A stretch of DNA of 64,000 nt from an uncultured virus (IMG/VR IMGVR_UViG_3300010938_000027) (IMGVR_UViG_3300010938_000027), one strand, 5' to 3'. Positions 19,134 through 28,399 are shown, counted from the stretch's first letter. Notes: a model not told the origin generated them from the letters alone. A program made the numbers and translations.

Positions 19134-20574
19134 TTGACACTAACACATAGCCTTTCAGCAGGTTGTAATACTGCATTAACTTCGCCTTCCGCATCAATTC
19201 CTGCCTTATGGCAAGTAATAGATTATCCCTTTCCTTGACCCACTTCTGTAACTCCTTATCTGCCTTCAATTCATCAACTAAATTCTGCCACGCAACCTGT
19301 AGATACTTGTGCAGTTTCTGAACTGAATCTACTCCAATCGCTTCAAACCTTCTTTTCCGTTCTGGGTCTGCTTCCAAATCCTGCCACAACTTCTCTGCAT
19401 ACACTTTCAGTCCTCTCGGGATACCTACTTCTGCAGCTTCACCCCTTCGTTGTAATTCTTCAACCATTGCCTCAAATTGTGCCGCCATTGCCATCTGCAT
19501 CCACGGGTCTTTCTTTGCAACACTCCACATACGGTCTTGTATTTTCTTACTCAATGACTCAAATTCTTCAACCATAGGCACAACTAATGGATGCATCCGT
19601 TTCAATACCTCGGGTTCAATCCTATACATCTCAAGTGCTTCTTCAACCTCGGTTGGTGTGTGTTCAATGTATTTGTATGTGAGTTTCGGGACTTCCTGCA
19701 ACCACTTTTTCAATGCCTCTGTTCCATAACCCACCAGGTTTCTGCCTAAATATGTCTCCACAGATGCACCTTTCTCAGGGTCATAGTTCTGCATCAACTC
19801 ATGAACCTTCATAAATAATTCCTGTTTCAGGTCTTCATAATAGGAGCGTTTCACTTTACTTGGCTGATAATAAGCAGACAATTCCTTCGGCCAGGACCGC
19901 CACATAGCATAATTCACCTGTCGTTTCACTGCAGAACTCTGAATGAACCTGTTCTTTTCTTTTGGTGTCAAATTCTGGTATTTCATCTTGCCTTCGTTCA
20001 ATAGTTTCACAATCTCTGAAGGATTGACAATCTCTGGTCGTTCCTTACCAGTTATAGGGTCAACAACAATTTCAGGCTCCTCTGATGGAGGTGTTGGTTC
20101 AGTTGTGTCAAGTATCGTAGAAGGTTTAATCTTTTTTCGTTTAGGCGGTTCAAGTGTAAAAATCACTCGGTCAAGTAGTGCCTCTCGGTCAAGTAATGGC
20201 AGGTTCTCAACTCGTTCCTTCGTTTCCTTTATTTCCTCCTTGACAACAGGGTCTAACTTCTTTACTTCATCCTCTGGCTTGACTTCTTCTGCAATTTGTT
20301 TCAGTTCAGCAACAAGGTCTGGGTGCAATTCAAACTCTGTTTTATCTGGTATAACAACTTCACCTGTTTCTGGATGAACCCACCTGAATGCGTAGTATCC
20401 GCCCCCTGTTTTAGTCGGGTCTCTCACCCATACCTTTTTTGGTATCAATTCAGGTTTTGGTGGTTTCTTCGGACCTTTCGGTTTTCTTGCCTTGAACACA
20501 TCTGGAATTGTTTTCAGTAATAAATTAAGGGACTTTTCTATCTGGTCAAAACTTTTTGTAATCTCGTCTGCCAT
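19108..20574 (-). CDS. Sigma-70 region-2-like protein with N-terminal head-cargo motif
   Basis: EDLKQELFMKVHELMQNYDPEKGASVETYLGRNLVGY matches the sigma region 2 pattern (EDLxQE...YDPEKGASFETY); N-terminal KVWVRDPTKTGGGYYAFRWVHPE. Confidence 0.7.
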   Translation of the reverse strand: MADEITKSFDQIEKSLNLLLKTIPDVFKARKPKGPKKPPKPELIPKKVWVRDPTKTGGGYYAFRWVHPETGEVVIPDKTEFELHPDLVAELKQIAEEVKPEDEVKKLDPVVKEEIKETKERVENLPLLDREALLDRVIFTLEPPKRKKIKPSTILDTTEPTPPSEEPEIVVDPITGKERPEIVNPSEIVKLLNEGKMKYQNLTPKEKNRFIQSSAVKRQVNYAMWRSWPKELSAYYQPSKVKRSYYEDLKQELFMKVHELMQNYDPEKGASVETYLGRNLVGYGTEALKKWLQEVPKLTYKYIEHTPTEVEEALEMYRIEPEVLKRMHPLVVPMVEEFESLSKKIQDRMWSVAKKDPWMQMAMAAQFEAMVEELQRRGEAAEVGIPRGLKVYAEKLWQDLEADPERKRRFEAIGVDSVQKLHKYLQVAWQNLVDELKADKELQKWVKERDNLLLAIRQELMRKAKLMQYYNLLKGYVLVSNEKKSKVN

Positions 20575-20789
20575 CGGTTGATAACCTCCTTTATGTCCTT
20601 CATAGTTCTCTGTGTTAATTCTTCAAGTGCTTTACTGCTGAATTTAACTTTTTTTACAGGTCTGCGTCGTTCACCTTTTATCAGAGACCATTCAGGAACA
20701 TAGTCATCAAGTATGCCGAGTTCGGAAGCCATATACTCAATTACATCCCGCAGTTCTTCAAGTGATAAGTCAGTCCTTATTCGCATCAA
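20538..20789 (-). CDS. Hypothetical protein
   Basis: Coupled ORF within head operon. Confidence 0.55.
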   Translation of the reverse strand: MMRIRTDLSLEELRDVIEYMASELGILDDYVPEWSLIKGERRRPVKKVKFSSKALEELTQRTMKDIKEVINRWQTRLQKVLTR

Positions 20790-22174
20790 ACTTTACCTAA
20801 TGCTTTCTGTAGAATTCCTTCACCAACCTGTTTAATTGTTTCTGATGATACAAGTAATGGTGGTGGTAGTGTCAACTTGTCAATCATATACTCAATGGTA
20901 GACTTTGATAACTGGTATGTAGAACCAAGTCCAAGCAGATACCCAACATTGAACGCAGATAACTTTCTTAACACCAGGTCATTGTAAGGTGCTACATAAC
21001 CCTTCAGTAAAGAGTCAACAAATTTTGCTAACTCCAGACCACCCTTACAACAATCCAGTCTGAATGATTCTGCCTTTTCAAGATAGTTCTCCACACCCCT
21101 TGATAACCTGACACCTAACCTTATTGCAGACATAGGTGCAGGCAAGAGTTTTGCTTCTTCTGGTTGTGGTGGTTCTGGGATTGATTGTAAATTCACAACC
21201 CGTTCAAACAATACCCTTGCAAGTGAGTTCTTGTTTATGACATTCTTCACATACTCGGTATCAACCTCAATATCCCTCAATGCCCTTGAATAGTTGTAAA
21301 CAGTATCTTGCCAACTACTGCCTAACACCTGTGCCTTAATGTAATCCGCGAGTGCATTCATTCTACTCCCTTTGTCAAGTGGTAGTATTGATGATACCAG
21401 TGATGACAGGCGGTATGGCGGTTTACCTGCAAGAATATCACTACAAACATAGATAGTCTCAAGTTGTATTGAAGCATCAAGGATTTGTTTTGCAGCAGTT
21501 GATGGTATGACACTATTTATACGCAGTATTGTAGTTGCCTTTGTTAAGTCTGCTTGTATCAACGCCTTTTTATGTTCCTCAACCCACTTCTTCGCTTCTG
21601 ATTTTGACCACTTTTCCTTATCAAACCTGTATGACTGGATTTCAGTGCCGACTTCACACTTACCACCCTTGAACTTACCTTTTGGACACCCAATCACTGC
21701 CTTTATGCCCTTATCCTCCGATATGGTTATGTATCTGAATGATTTCGGGTCATACTTATCTGGTGATTTCACTCTTATGCGGATTTCATTCGGTGTAGTT
21801 TCAACTGCCTTCGTTATGGTAGTAGAAGGTTCAGGCGTTAATGGTTGACTTTCCCACCAATCAAGTATGCGGTAGTCATCGTAAGTGAGCAAAGGCAACC
21901 ACGCCTTTTCTTTACAATGCCTCTCATACAACTTCCTTGCCCGTTTCTCTACATTCGGGTATCCGTGTTGTGCGGACCTGACAATTACAGCACGCAGTAG
22001 TCTGCAATTTACTGTGCCATCCTTGTTCTTGTATGGGAATTTCCGTTCCTTCGGTAATAAGAAGTGATGTGCAGGTAATTCCCTGCGTTCTACAGGACGC
22101 CTCAACCATTTCAGTTTTGATGGTGGTATATCTTTGGTTTTCTTCTTTGCCTTCTCAATGAGTTCTTCCTCCAT
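20786..22174 (-). CDS. Multi-domain head-associated protein (possible polyprotein)
   Basis: GAGG RBS; small basic domains separated by IEKA/ITKA/LTKA sites. Confidence 0.65.
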   Translation of the reverse strand: MEEELIEKAKKKTKDIPPSKLKWLRRPVERRELPAHHFLLPKERKFPYKNKDGTVNCRLLRAVIVRSAQHGYPNVEKRARKLYERHCKEKAWLPLLTYDDYRILDWWESQPLTPEPSTTITKAVETTPNEIRIRVKSPDKYDPKSFRYITISEDKGIKAVIGCPKGKFKGGKCEVGTEIQSYRFDKEKWSKSEAKKWVEEHKKALIQADLTKATTILRINSVIPSTAAKQILDASIQLETIYVCSDILAGKPPYRLSSLVSSILPLDKGSRMNALADYIKAQVLGSSWQDTVYNYSRALRDIEVDTEYVKNVINKNSLARVLFERVVNLQSIPEPPQPEEAKLLPAPMSAIRLGVRLSRGVENYLEKAESFRLDCCKGGLELAKFVDSLLKGYVAPYNDLVLRKLSAFNVGYLLGLGSTYQLSKSTIEYMIDKLTLPPPLLVSSETIKQVGEGILQKALGKV

Positions 22175-22390
22175 AATTATACCTCACTCTATTCATCATT
22201 ATCATAGTTCAATTCTACCACACCGTCTCCCCTCCTGTCAACCTTACGAAACCTGTGTGTCAATGACCTTCCACCCCTCAAAACCGATAATACAGGTTTT
22301 GATGACCCGTTTGATGATTCTGATGGCGGATTTGGGTTGACATAATACAATGCTATCCAGTATCTGAATTCCACTTCCATTCTTTCCTTT

Positions 22391-23179
22391 CTAATCCAGG
22401 TGTTGTGATATGATACAAACACAATTTGGGTGTAGTGGTGGTATTGTTGGTCGCCACATATGTTTTGGTCTGCCTGCATTTGTGCCATTCATAAGCAAGT
22501 CTTTGAGTAAGAACACCCGTCTGCGTTCAATGTTCTTCGGGTCTTCAAGGTATATGCGTTTGCAGTCATCACAGGCATCAGGACGGACTAACATCTTTAC
22601 CTTTATCTGGTCTGGTGGAATCCCTAATTGAATACTCCTGCCAATCATACCTGAAACTGACCCGAATTGGTGTGCAGACAACCCCTCTGCCCTGACCGCC
22701 CGTTCAAGTGCATCCATAACCTTTTTACCTGCCTCATCAAGGAACTGTTGTAGTTCAGTCTGTGTCCTCAATCTATCCGCAGGGGTTACCTCTATGAAAT
22801 ACTCTACTAATGAACCCTGGAATCTGTTGCCAAACTCCTGTTTCAACTTGTGTAGATACATATTCAATGAATCCTTTATTCGCCTTGTGTTTGTCTCTCG
22901 CAGGTAATCAACCTCATCATCTGTAAGTTCTGGTGCATCCTCTAACACCTCATCAAGCGGTCGGTCATCAGGTTCATCAATCTCGTGTTTACCTAACCTG
23001 AATGCCAGGATGAGCGGTGATGCTTTTGGCAATCGTTTCCGTATCAATCCACCCTCCTTCACCTTTCTCAATGTATCACGGTCAACATAGTCCACTCCAA
23101 TGAGCAGAACCGTCAAGGTATTGAACAGAAGGTCAAGTAAGTCGCTGACTGTTCGTAGTATTGCTCTTTTTCTTGCCAT
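22391..23179 (-). CDS. Head morphogenesis protein (Mu gpF/SPP1 gp7-like)
   Basis: DACDDC and C-terminal PPLHPNCVC motifs. Confidence 0.8.
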   Translation of the reverse strand: MARKRAILRTVSDLLDLLFNTLTVLLIGVDYVDRDTLRKVKEGGLIRKRLPKASPLILAFRLGKHEIDEPDDRPLDEVLEDAPELTDDEVDYLRETNTRRIKDSLNMYLHKLKQEFGNRFQGSLVEYFIEVTPADRLRTQTELQQFLDEAGKKVMDALERAVRAEGLSAHQFGSVSGMIGRSIQLGIPPDQIKVKMLVRPDACDDCKRIYLEDPKNIERRRVFLLKDLLMNGTNAGRPKHMWRPTIPPLHPNCVCIISQHLD

Positions 23180-23321
23180 TCAACGCCACATAAACGGATA
23201 CATAGTTTGAGAGTTGCCTGACTTCCTCTGCAAATCCGCCGAGGGTTTTTTGTAGTGATGTCAGAACACTTGATAACTGGTGATACACATTTGGACAATC
23301 CTTATTCAGTGGTTCATCCAT
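23133..23321 (-). CDS. Small hypothetical protein
   Basis: GGAGGTGA RBS before ATG. Confidence 0.5.
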   Translation of the reverse strand: MDEPLNKDCPNVYHQLSSVLTSLQKTLGGFAEEVRQLSNYVSVYVALNGKKKSNTTNSQRLT

Positions 23322-23344
23322 TCATTCACCTCCAAAGTTTTCAA

Positions 23345-23641
23345 TCATTTGAATAGGTCTTCATTTTCTAATGTTCCACTTAATTGTGTCTTCAACACTA
23401 CGATTGTAGTTTTGAGGACATTCAGGGTTTTAGTCAACTCCGCAATAACGGTGGTCAGTTGTTGTATTGCTTTCTGCTGGTGTGCATTCTCATTCTCAAG
23501 CACTGACAACCGCCTGTCAAGGTCTTGAATTGCATTCTTCATATCATTCACCATTGAAAAATACTGGTTGAAGAAGAAGCCAATCAGACTTACCACTATC
23601 AACACAACGCCGTTCAACACTATTGCGATTATCTGCATCAT
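23345..23641 (-). CDS. Membrane-anchored coiled-coil protein (holin/XhlA-like)
   Basis: N-terminal transmembrane helix followed by heptad coiled coil. Confidence 0.55.
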   Translation of the reverse strand: MMQIIAIVLNGVVLIVVSLIGFFFNQYFSMVNDMKNAIQDLDRRLSVLENENAHQQKAIQQLTTVIAELTKTLNVLKTTIVVLKTQLSGTLENEDLFK

Positions 23642-23669
23642 CAGCCACTACCTCGCATAATCACAAATT

Positions 23670-23699
23670 ATCTTACCATACGAGTTGCAGAATTGTCAA
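23670..23699 (-). promoter_or_regulatory. Sigma70-type promoter heading the head operon
   Basis: TTGACA-18 bp-TAAGAT. Confidence 0.65.
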
Positions 23700-23707
23700 G
23701 AAAACCC

Positions 23708-23737
23708 TTGAACTAACTCTTTTAAGTGTGATAGAAT
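23708..23737 (+). promoter_or_regulatory. Sigma70-type promoter of terminase (divergent)
   Basis: TTGAAC-18 bp-TAGAAT. Confidence 0.55.
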
Positions 23738-23745
23738 AAACATTG

Positions 23746-25383
23746 ATGGCAACACCAATACCGATAGGTGAGGAACTCATTCCCTCAAACTGGGCACTGA
23801 AATACTGGTTTGTTAGGAACCGTCCTGTGCGGTTCTACAACACAGAAGACCTACGACAATATCGTCCATTCCTTGTTGGATACCTTAATGACCTGCACCC
23901 ATATAAGGTGGCATTGAAGGCAAGGCAGTTAGGACTTACTGAAGTGAGTATAATTGAGATTGGGTGGTTAGTAAGTGTGCCTGATGTGTCATTAAAAATA
24001 GTGTATTGTTTTCCGAGAGGTAGGCAGAGTAGTGAATTCAGTAAGACAAGGTTTGACCCTGCCATACAATCGTCACCACTACTGAGTGGTATGGTAAAGG
24101 AATCAAGTGCAGGTATGAAACGCTTTGATACACCGACAGGAAACAGAGTATTCGTTGAAATCAAGTCTACCTGGGAGGAGGAGTTCGGTGAGGCAACTGA
24201 TGCAGATATAATCTATTTTGATGAGTATGACAGAATGCGTAAGGATGTTCTACCTGCATTTGAGGAATCACTCAAGGCTTCACATTTTGGCTGGAAGCGG
24301 TTCATATCCACACCGACACTACCTGGGATAGGTATAAGCAACGAATATGCAATGTCAGACAGACGGAAGTGGTTCATCAAGTGTGAGCATTGTGGGGAGT
24401 GGCAGTATTTGACTTACAAGGACAATGTAATCCAGACGAAGGGTTCAGAGGACCTTATGCGGTTGATACTCTCTGGTGAAATCACTGAATTGGAAGAGGA
24501 CACATTCATTATTGGATGTAAGAAGTGTAAACAGAAACTCACAAGACTGGAGGATGGCGAATGGGTTGCTGAAAACCCAACAATTAGGGACATAAGGGGT
24601 TATCATTTCACCCAACTGATGGCACCGTGGATTAGTGCCAATCAGGTAGTTCTATCTGTGCAACGCTACAAACTGCGGTCAATCTGGTATAACTATGTAT
24701 TAGGTGAACCATTCAAGGAAGAAGGCACCACACTGACAATACATAGTTCTGGTGAATTACCGAAACCTGGAAAGTCTGCAGATATCCAATCAGTTGCAGT
24801 TGGTATCGACTGGGGTAAGGTAAACTGGGCAGTGGTGATTGGAAAGACAATCAGGGGACATATTCAGGTATTGGCTATCTTATACTCATCAGACACTTCG
24901 GAACCATTGGGCGGAGTGAAGACACTCGCAGAAAAACTATTACCATACAATCCCGACATAATTGTTGCAGATAGTGGTTGGGGTATAGACAGGATTGAGT
25001 ATCTGCGAAGTGTATTCGGAAAGAAGGTATGGGGTTGTTTCTATGCAAGACGACGCATAAAGACATTCTCACCAGAATGGAACAATAACACTGGTGTAGT
25101 GCAGATTGCGAAGGTTGCGTTGATAAAATACCTGAAACAACTACTTGACCAGAAGTCATTATTGAATTTGAGTGAACTAAATGAACAGGGTAGGTTATTG
25201 AAACGGCATGTTGAGAATGTATTCATACTTGAACAGGAAGACGAAACGGGCATTGTGGAAGAGGTTGTCAAAAGTGGTGATGACCATTTATTGCATTGTC
25301 TCGCATACGCAGTATTAGGATTGACAAGACAGATACCACTACAAAGTGCCAAAACATCAGTATTGACAATTTCGCTGGGATGA
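23746..25383 (+). CDS. terL: Terminase large subunit
   Basis: Walker A KARQLGLTE, Walker B IYFDEYDR, ISTPT, CEHCG Zn motif, RNase H-like GIDWG and GDDHLLH. Confidence 0.93.
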   Translation: MATPIPIGEELIPSNWALKYWFVRNRPVRFYNTEDLRQYRPFLVGYLNDLHPYKVALKARQLGLTEVSIIEIGWLVSVPDVSLKIVYCFPRGRQSSEFSKTRFDPAIQSSPLLSGMVKESSAGMKRFDTPTGNRVFVEIKSTWEEEFGEATDADIIYFDEYDRMRKDVLPAFEESLKASHFGWKRFISTPTLPGIGISNEYAMSDRRKWFIKCEHCGEWQYLTYKDNVIQTKGSEDLMRLILSGEITELEEDTFIIGCKKCKQKLTRLEDGEWVAENPTIRDIRGYHFTQLMAPWISANQVVLSVQRYKLRSIWYNYVLGEPFKEEGTTLTIHSSGELPKPGKSADIQSVAVGIDWGKVNWAVVIGKTIRGHIQVLAILYSSDTSEPLGGVKTLAEKLLPYNPDIIVADSGWGIDRIEYLRSVFGKKVWGCFYARRRIKTFSPEWNNNTGVVQIAKVALIKYLKQLLDQKSLLNLSELNEQGRLLKRHVENVFILEQEDETGIVEEVVKSGDDHLLHCLAYAVLGLTRQIPLQSAKTSVLTISLG

Positions 25384-25392
25384 TGATATAAT
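25363..25392 (+). promoter_or_regulatory. Sigma70-type promoter of portal (likely leaderless transcript)
   Basis: TTGACA-18 bp-TATAAT, ATG 7 nt after the -10 box. Confidence 0.7.
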
Positions 25393-25398
25393 TGACTT

Positions 25399-26865
25399 AT
25401 GATTTCAAAACTGATTGAACTCATACCCGCAAGAACCACAACAAAACAAGACACTGCCATTGAGAAAGCAGCTGTCCCAGAAGTAGTGAATGAACGGAAA
25501 GGGTTAAGGATTGACCCATTCCAGGTGCTCACTGCATTGACTTATAAGGACAAACCTTCTGCCATATCTTATGACATACTGCGTGCAATGGCATCAAGGG
25601 ATGTAGTAGTAAATTCAATCATACAAACGAGGATTGCACAGGTATCAAGCCTGTGGCGACCTTCCACACAGGATGCTTATGGTAGAGGCTGGACAATAAG
25701 GACAAGAGACCCTAAGAAGAAACTCACACCTGCGGAAGAGAAGTTCGTGAGGTGGATGGAAATGTTCATACTCAAGTGTGGTTATACCGGGAATAGACAG
25801 CGAGACAACTTTCTGACATTCCTCAAAAAGATTATCAGGGACAGGCTCGTGTTAGACCAGGTTGCAGTTGAAATAGTCAGAAACAGGAAGGAACTACCTG
25901 CAGAATTCTATGCCCTTGATGGTGCGACAATAAGGTTAGTGGTTGACAAAGATGGCAATATAACTGGCTACAAGCAGGTTGTGTTTGGTCAACCAAAGGT
26001 TGAGTTTGACCTTGATGACCTCGTGTTTGCAGTTGCTAATCCGCGGTCTGACTTGAGAATAAGTGGATACGGGTTCTCGGAACTTGAAATGCTTATGCAT
26101 GTGATTACTTCACACCTATACGCAGAGGAATACAACCGCAGGTTCTTCTCACACGGGGCAATACCAACGGGATTGTTAGTGTCAAAGGGTGCGGAGATTA
26201 CGCAGGAACAACTATACTTCTTCCAGCGTGTGTGGGAAAGCACATTATCGGGTGTAGTCGCTGCACATCGTGTTCCAGTATTATCCGTGCCCGCAGGCGG
26301 AAGTATTGAGTGGATTGAGTTAATGAAATCTAACAAGGATATGGAGTGGGGCAGGTGGATTGATTATTTGATTAACTGTGCCTGTGCGGTATATCTTATT
26401 GACCCTGCGGAAGTGAATTTCCCGCCGAGGGGTGAAGGTAGACCATTATTTGAGAAAGGGCAGGAAGCAAAGTTGGTGTATTCCAAGGACAAAGGGTTAA
26501 GACCATTACTGAACTTCATAGAAAGCATCATTACCGAGAATTTCATATGGCCATACTCGGAGGATTTTGTATTTGAGTTTGAAGGTATTGATGTCCTTGA
26601 AGAAGAACGACAAGCAGACTTGATTGATAAAGAGACAAGGGTTTACAAAACAATCAATGAAGTGAGACTTGAAATGGATTTACCACCATTACCACACGGC
26701 GACATAGTCAGGGATGCACACTACATGCAATTGATGATGTTCGGCGGTATGGCAGGGGTAACACCTACAAAGGGGGAACAACTTAGTGAGAGTGAACCAG
26801 ACACATTAAAGAAAGGGATAACCCGCAAACCCAAAGATAAGAAGGAAATTGTGATTGAGTTGTAG
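25399..26865 (+). CDS. Portal protein
   Basis: LDGATIR, GYGFSELE, YNRRFFSHG, SKDKGLRPLL, TINEVR motifs. Confidence 0.93.
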   Translation: MISKLIELIPARTTTKQDTAIEKAAVPEVVNERKGLRIDPFQVLTALTYKDKPSAISYDILRAMASRDVVVNSIIQTRIAQVSSLWRPSTQDAYGRGWTIRTRDPKKKLTPAEEKFVRWMEMFILKCGYTGNRQRDNFLTFLKKIIRDRLVLDQVAVEIVRNRKELPAEFYALDGATIRLVVDKDGNITGYKQVVFGQPKVEFDLDDLVFAVANPRSDLRISGYGFSELEMLMHVITSHLYAEEYNRRFFSHGAIPTGLLVSKGAEITQEQLYFFQRVWESTLSGVVAAHRVPVLSVPAGGSIEWIELMKSNKDMEWGRWIDYLINCACAVYLIDPAEVNFPPRGEGRPLFEKGQEAKLVYSKDKGLRPLLNFIESIITENFIWPYSEDFVFEFEGIDVLEEERQADLIDKETRVYKTINEVRLEMDLPPLPHGDIVRDAHYMQLMMFGGMAGVTPTKGEQLSESEPDTLKKGITRKPKDKKEIVIEL

Positions 26866-26866
26866 T

Positions 26867-27937
26867 ATGACTAATACTGACATCACAAAGGCAATCCTGG
26901 GACTGGTAAAGAAGAAAGTAAGGGTCAGAGACCCCAGAGTGAAAGGTGGTGGGTATTGGGCATACAGACGCGTGTCACCAGGGACAACGGAAGTGCCAAA
27001 AATCAGGATTTACTCAAGAAAGGAGAAAGTAAAACAACAGGTGTTAATTCCTGCATACCCAGGTGAACGGGAGAAAGAGGTTGAAACGAGGGTATGGTAT
27101 TTTGATATATTAAAGCCGAACCCTGGTGAGAAGACTGGTGAAGTAGTCGGTAGAAGGGGACCATATATGACAAGGTTCGGGGCACTGGTTGATGCCATAA
27201 AGTTCCTGAAACAAACCTATGGTGCGGTTAGTCCCCACGACATTGAATTGTTTACTGAACAGAAAGAGCGTGCAGAAACGCAGAAACGCTGGGAAGAGTG
27301 GGTATCAATGTATGCAAAGGCATACACAGTTGCCTCAATCCTGACACTACTACCCACATTGACGAAGAATCTGAGAAAGGCAGATGACCTGAAACAGAAA
27401 CGAACCACCAACCCGAATGAAGGTGATTTGAAGGGGTTGATTGACGAGGCAGTTGACATACTGGGTAAAGGATTACACGACCGCATAACACACCCTGAAG
27501 GCGATGTGTTGACCCATACCATACATGTCCTCGCACTACTCAAAATGTTTGATGCACCATTCAGAATAAGACTTGCAGGACTATTGCACGATATTGGCAA
27601 GTCTGAAACCGCATACATACACTCACCAGAACGCATACGCCATATTGACCACGATGTAATTGGTGGTGAGAAGGCAGAGAAACTATTACACAAACACAAC
27701 TTCCCACCACAACTCGCCAAAGATGTCCGCTGGCTCACTGAACACCATATGCTACTACGGGACTGGAACAAACTACCAGCCGAAGAAAAATCCGAACTCG
27801 CCAACCACCCACTCTTTGAAGACCTGTATTACCTCACCATCGCAGACTGGATTGCACGCTTCCTACCAGATATCAAAAACTACCTCCAGGGCAAAGACAT
27901 CAGAAAACTCGCTACCGCACAGGAATCCAGAGACTAA
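26867..27937 (+). CDS. HD-domain phosphohydrolase with N-terminal head-cargo motif
   Basis: HPEGDVLTHT...LLHDIGK...HDVIG...EHHM...IAD (CCA-adding-enzyme-type HD domain); N-terminal KVRVRDPRVKGGGYWAYRRVSP. Confidence 0.8.
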   Translation: MTNTDITKAILGLVKKKVRVRDPRVKGGGYWAYRRVSPGTTEVPKIRIYSRKEKVKQQVLIPAYPGEREKEVETRVWYFDILKPNPGEKTGEVVGRRGPYMTRFGALVDAIKFLKQTYGAVSPHDIELFTEQKERAETQKRWEEWVSMYAKAYTVASILTLLPTLTKNLRKADDLKQKRTTNPNEGDLKGLIDEAVDILGKGLHDRITHPEGDVLTHTIHVLALLKMFDAPFRIRLAGLLHDIGKSETAYIHSPERIRHIDHDVIGGEKAEKLLHKHNFPPQLAKDVRWLTEHHMLLRDWNKLPAEEKSELANHPLFEDLYYLTIADWIARFLPDIKNYLQGKDIRKLATAQESRD

Positions 27938-27965
27938 TAAAATCTGAAATAATTCCAAAAAATCA

Positions 27966-28041
27966 TATAACTTGCTATTTTATGTATAGTTTTCCAGGTG
28001 CAGTTCATAGTTGTATAACTCGCTATTTTATGTATAGTTTT
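27966..28041. repeat. 28-bp direct repeat x2 (one mismatch)
   Basis: TATAACTYGCTATTTTATGTATAGTTTT at 27966 and 28014. Confidence 0.85.
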
Positions 28042-28043
28042 TC

Positions 28044-28074
28044 TTGCGAAGTTAAGTCAAAAGTTCTTATATAG
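28044..28074 (+). promoter_or_regulatory. Phage-specific promoter-like motif (degenerate copy)
   Basis: GAAGTTA-N9-TTCTTATATA, same spacing as the copies at 42635, 46834, 50313 and 40720. Confidence 0.5.
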
Positions 28075-28167
28075 TCAGTCCTGTGCAAATTAACCGCCAA
28101 AGTCCCATATATATAATGAAGGGTGATGAAGAAAACACCCTTCAAAAAAACAAAAGGAGGTGCAACG

Positions 28168-28329
28168 ATGAAGTCAACAGTAATAACAGAGAAGGACGCT
28201 CCCAAAATAAGATGGGCGTATTATAACGCCCTATGGAGGGCAAGGAAGGTAAAGAGTGAGCAGGCAAAAAAGAGGCTCACTCAGAAGGCAGAGTTCTACA
28301 AAAAGCTGCTTGACCTCCTCTATATATAA
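28168..28329 (+). CDS. Small basic hypothetical protein (putative early)
   Basis: AAGGAGGTG RBS, ATG 28168. Confidence 0.65.
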   Translation: MKSTVITEKDAPKIRWAYYNALWRARKVKSEQAKKRLTQKAEFYKKLLDLLYI

Positions 28330-28399
28330 AAAAGAGAGGCAGGTTGCCTCGCCTGCCTCCATCAAAAACAAAAAATCGGGGCAAAGGAGGTGAGTAGCA

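Noticed and set aside
22189..22488. 99-aa ORF as listed
   Set aside because: Start overlaps the head morphogenesis gene; at most a shorter ORF from MEVEF is plausible and support is weak
27966..28041. Mini CRISPR array
   Set aside because: Only two repeats with a 20-bp spacer, not palindromic, and no cas genes nearby
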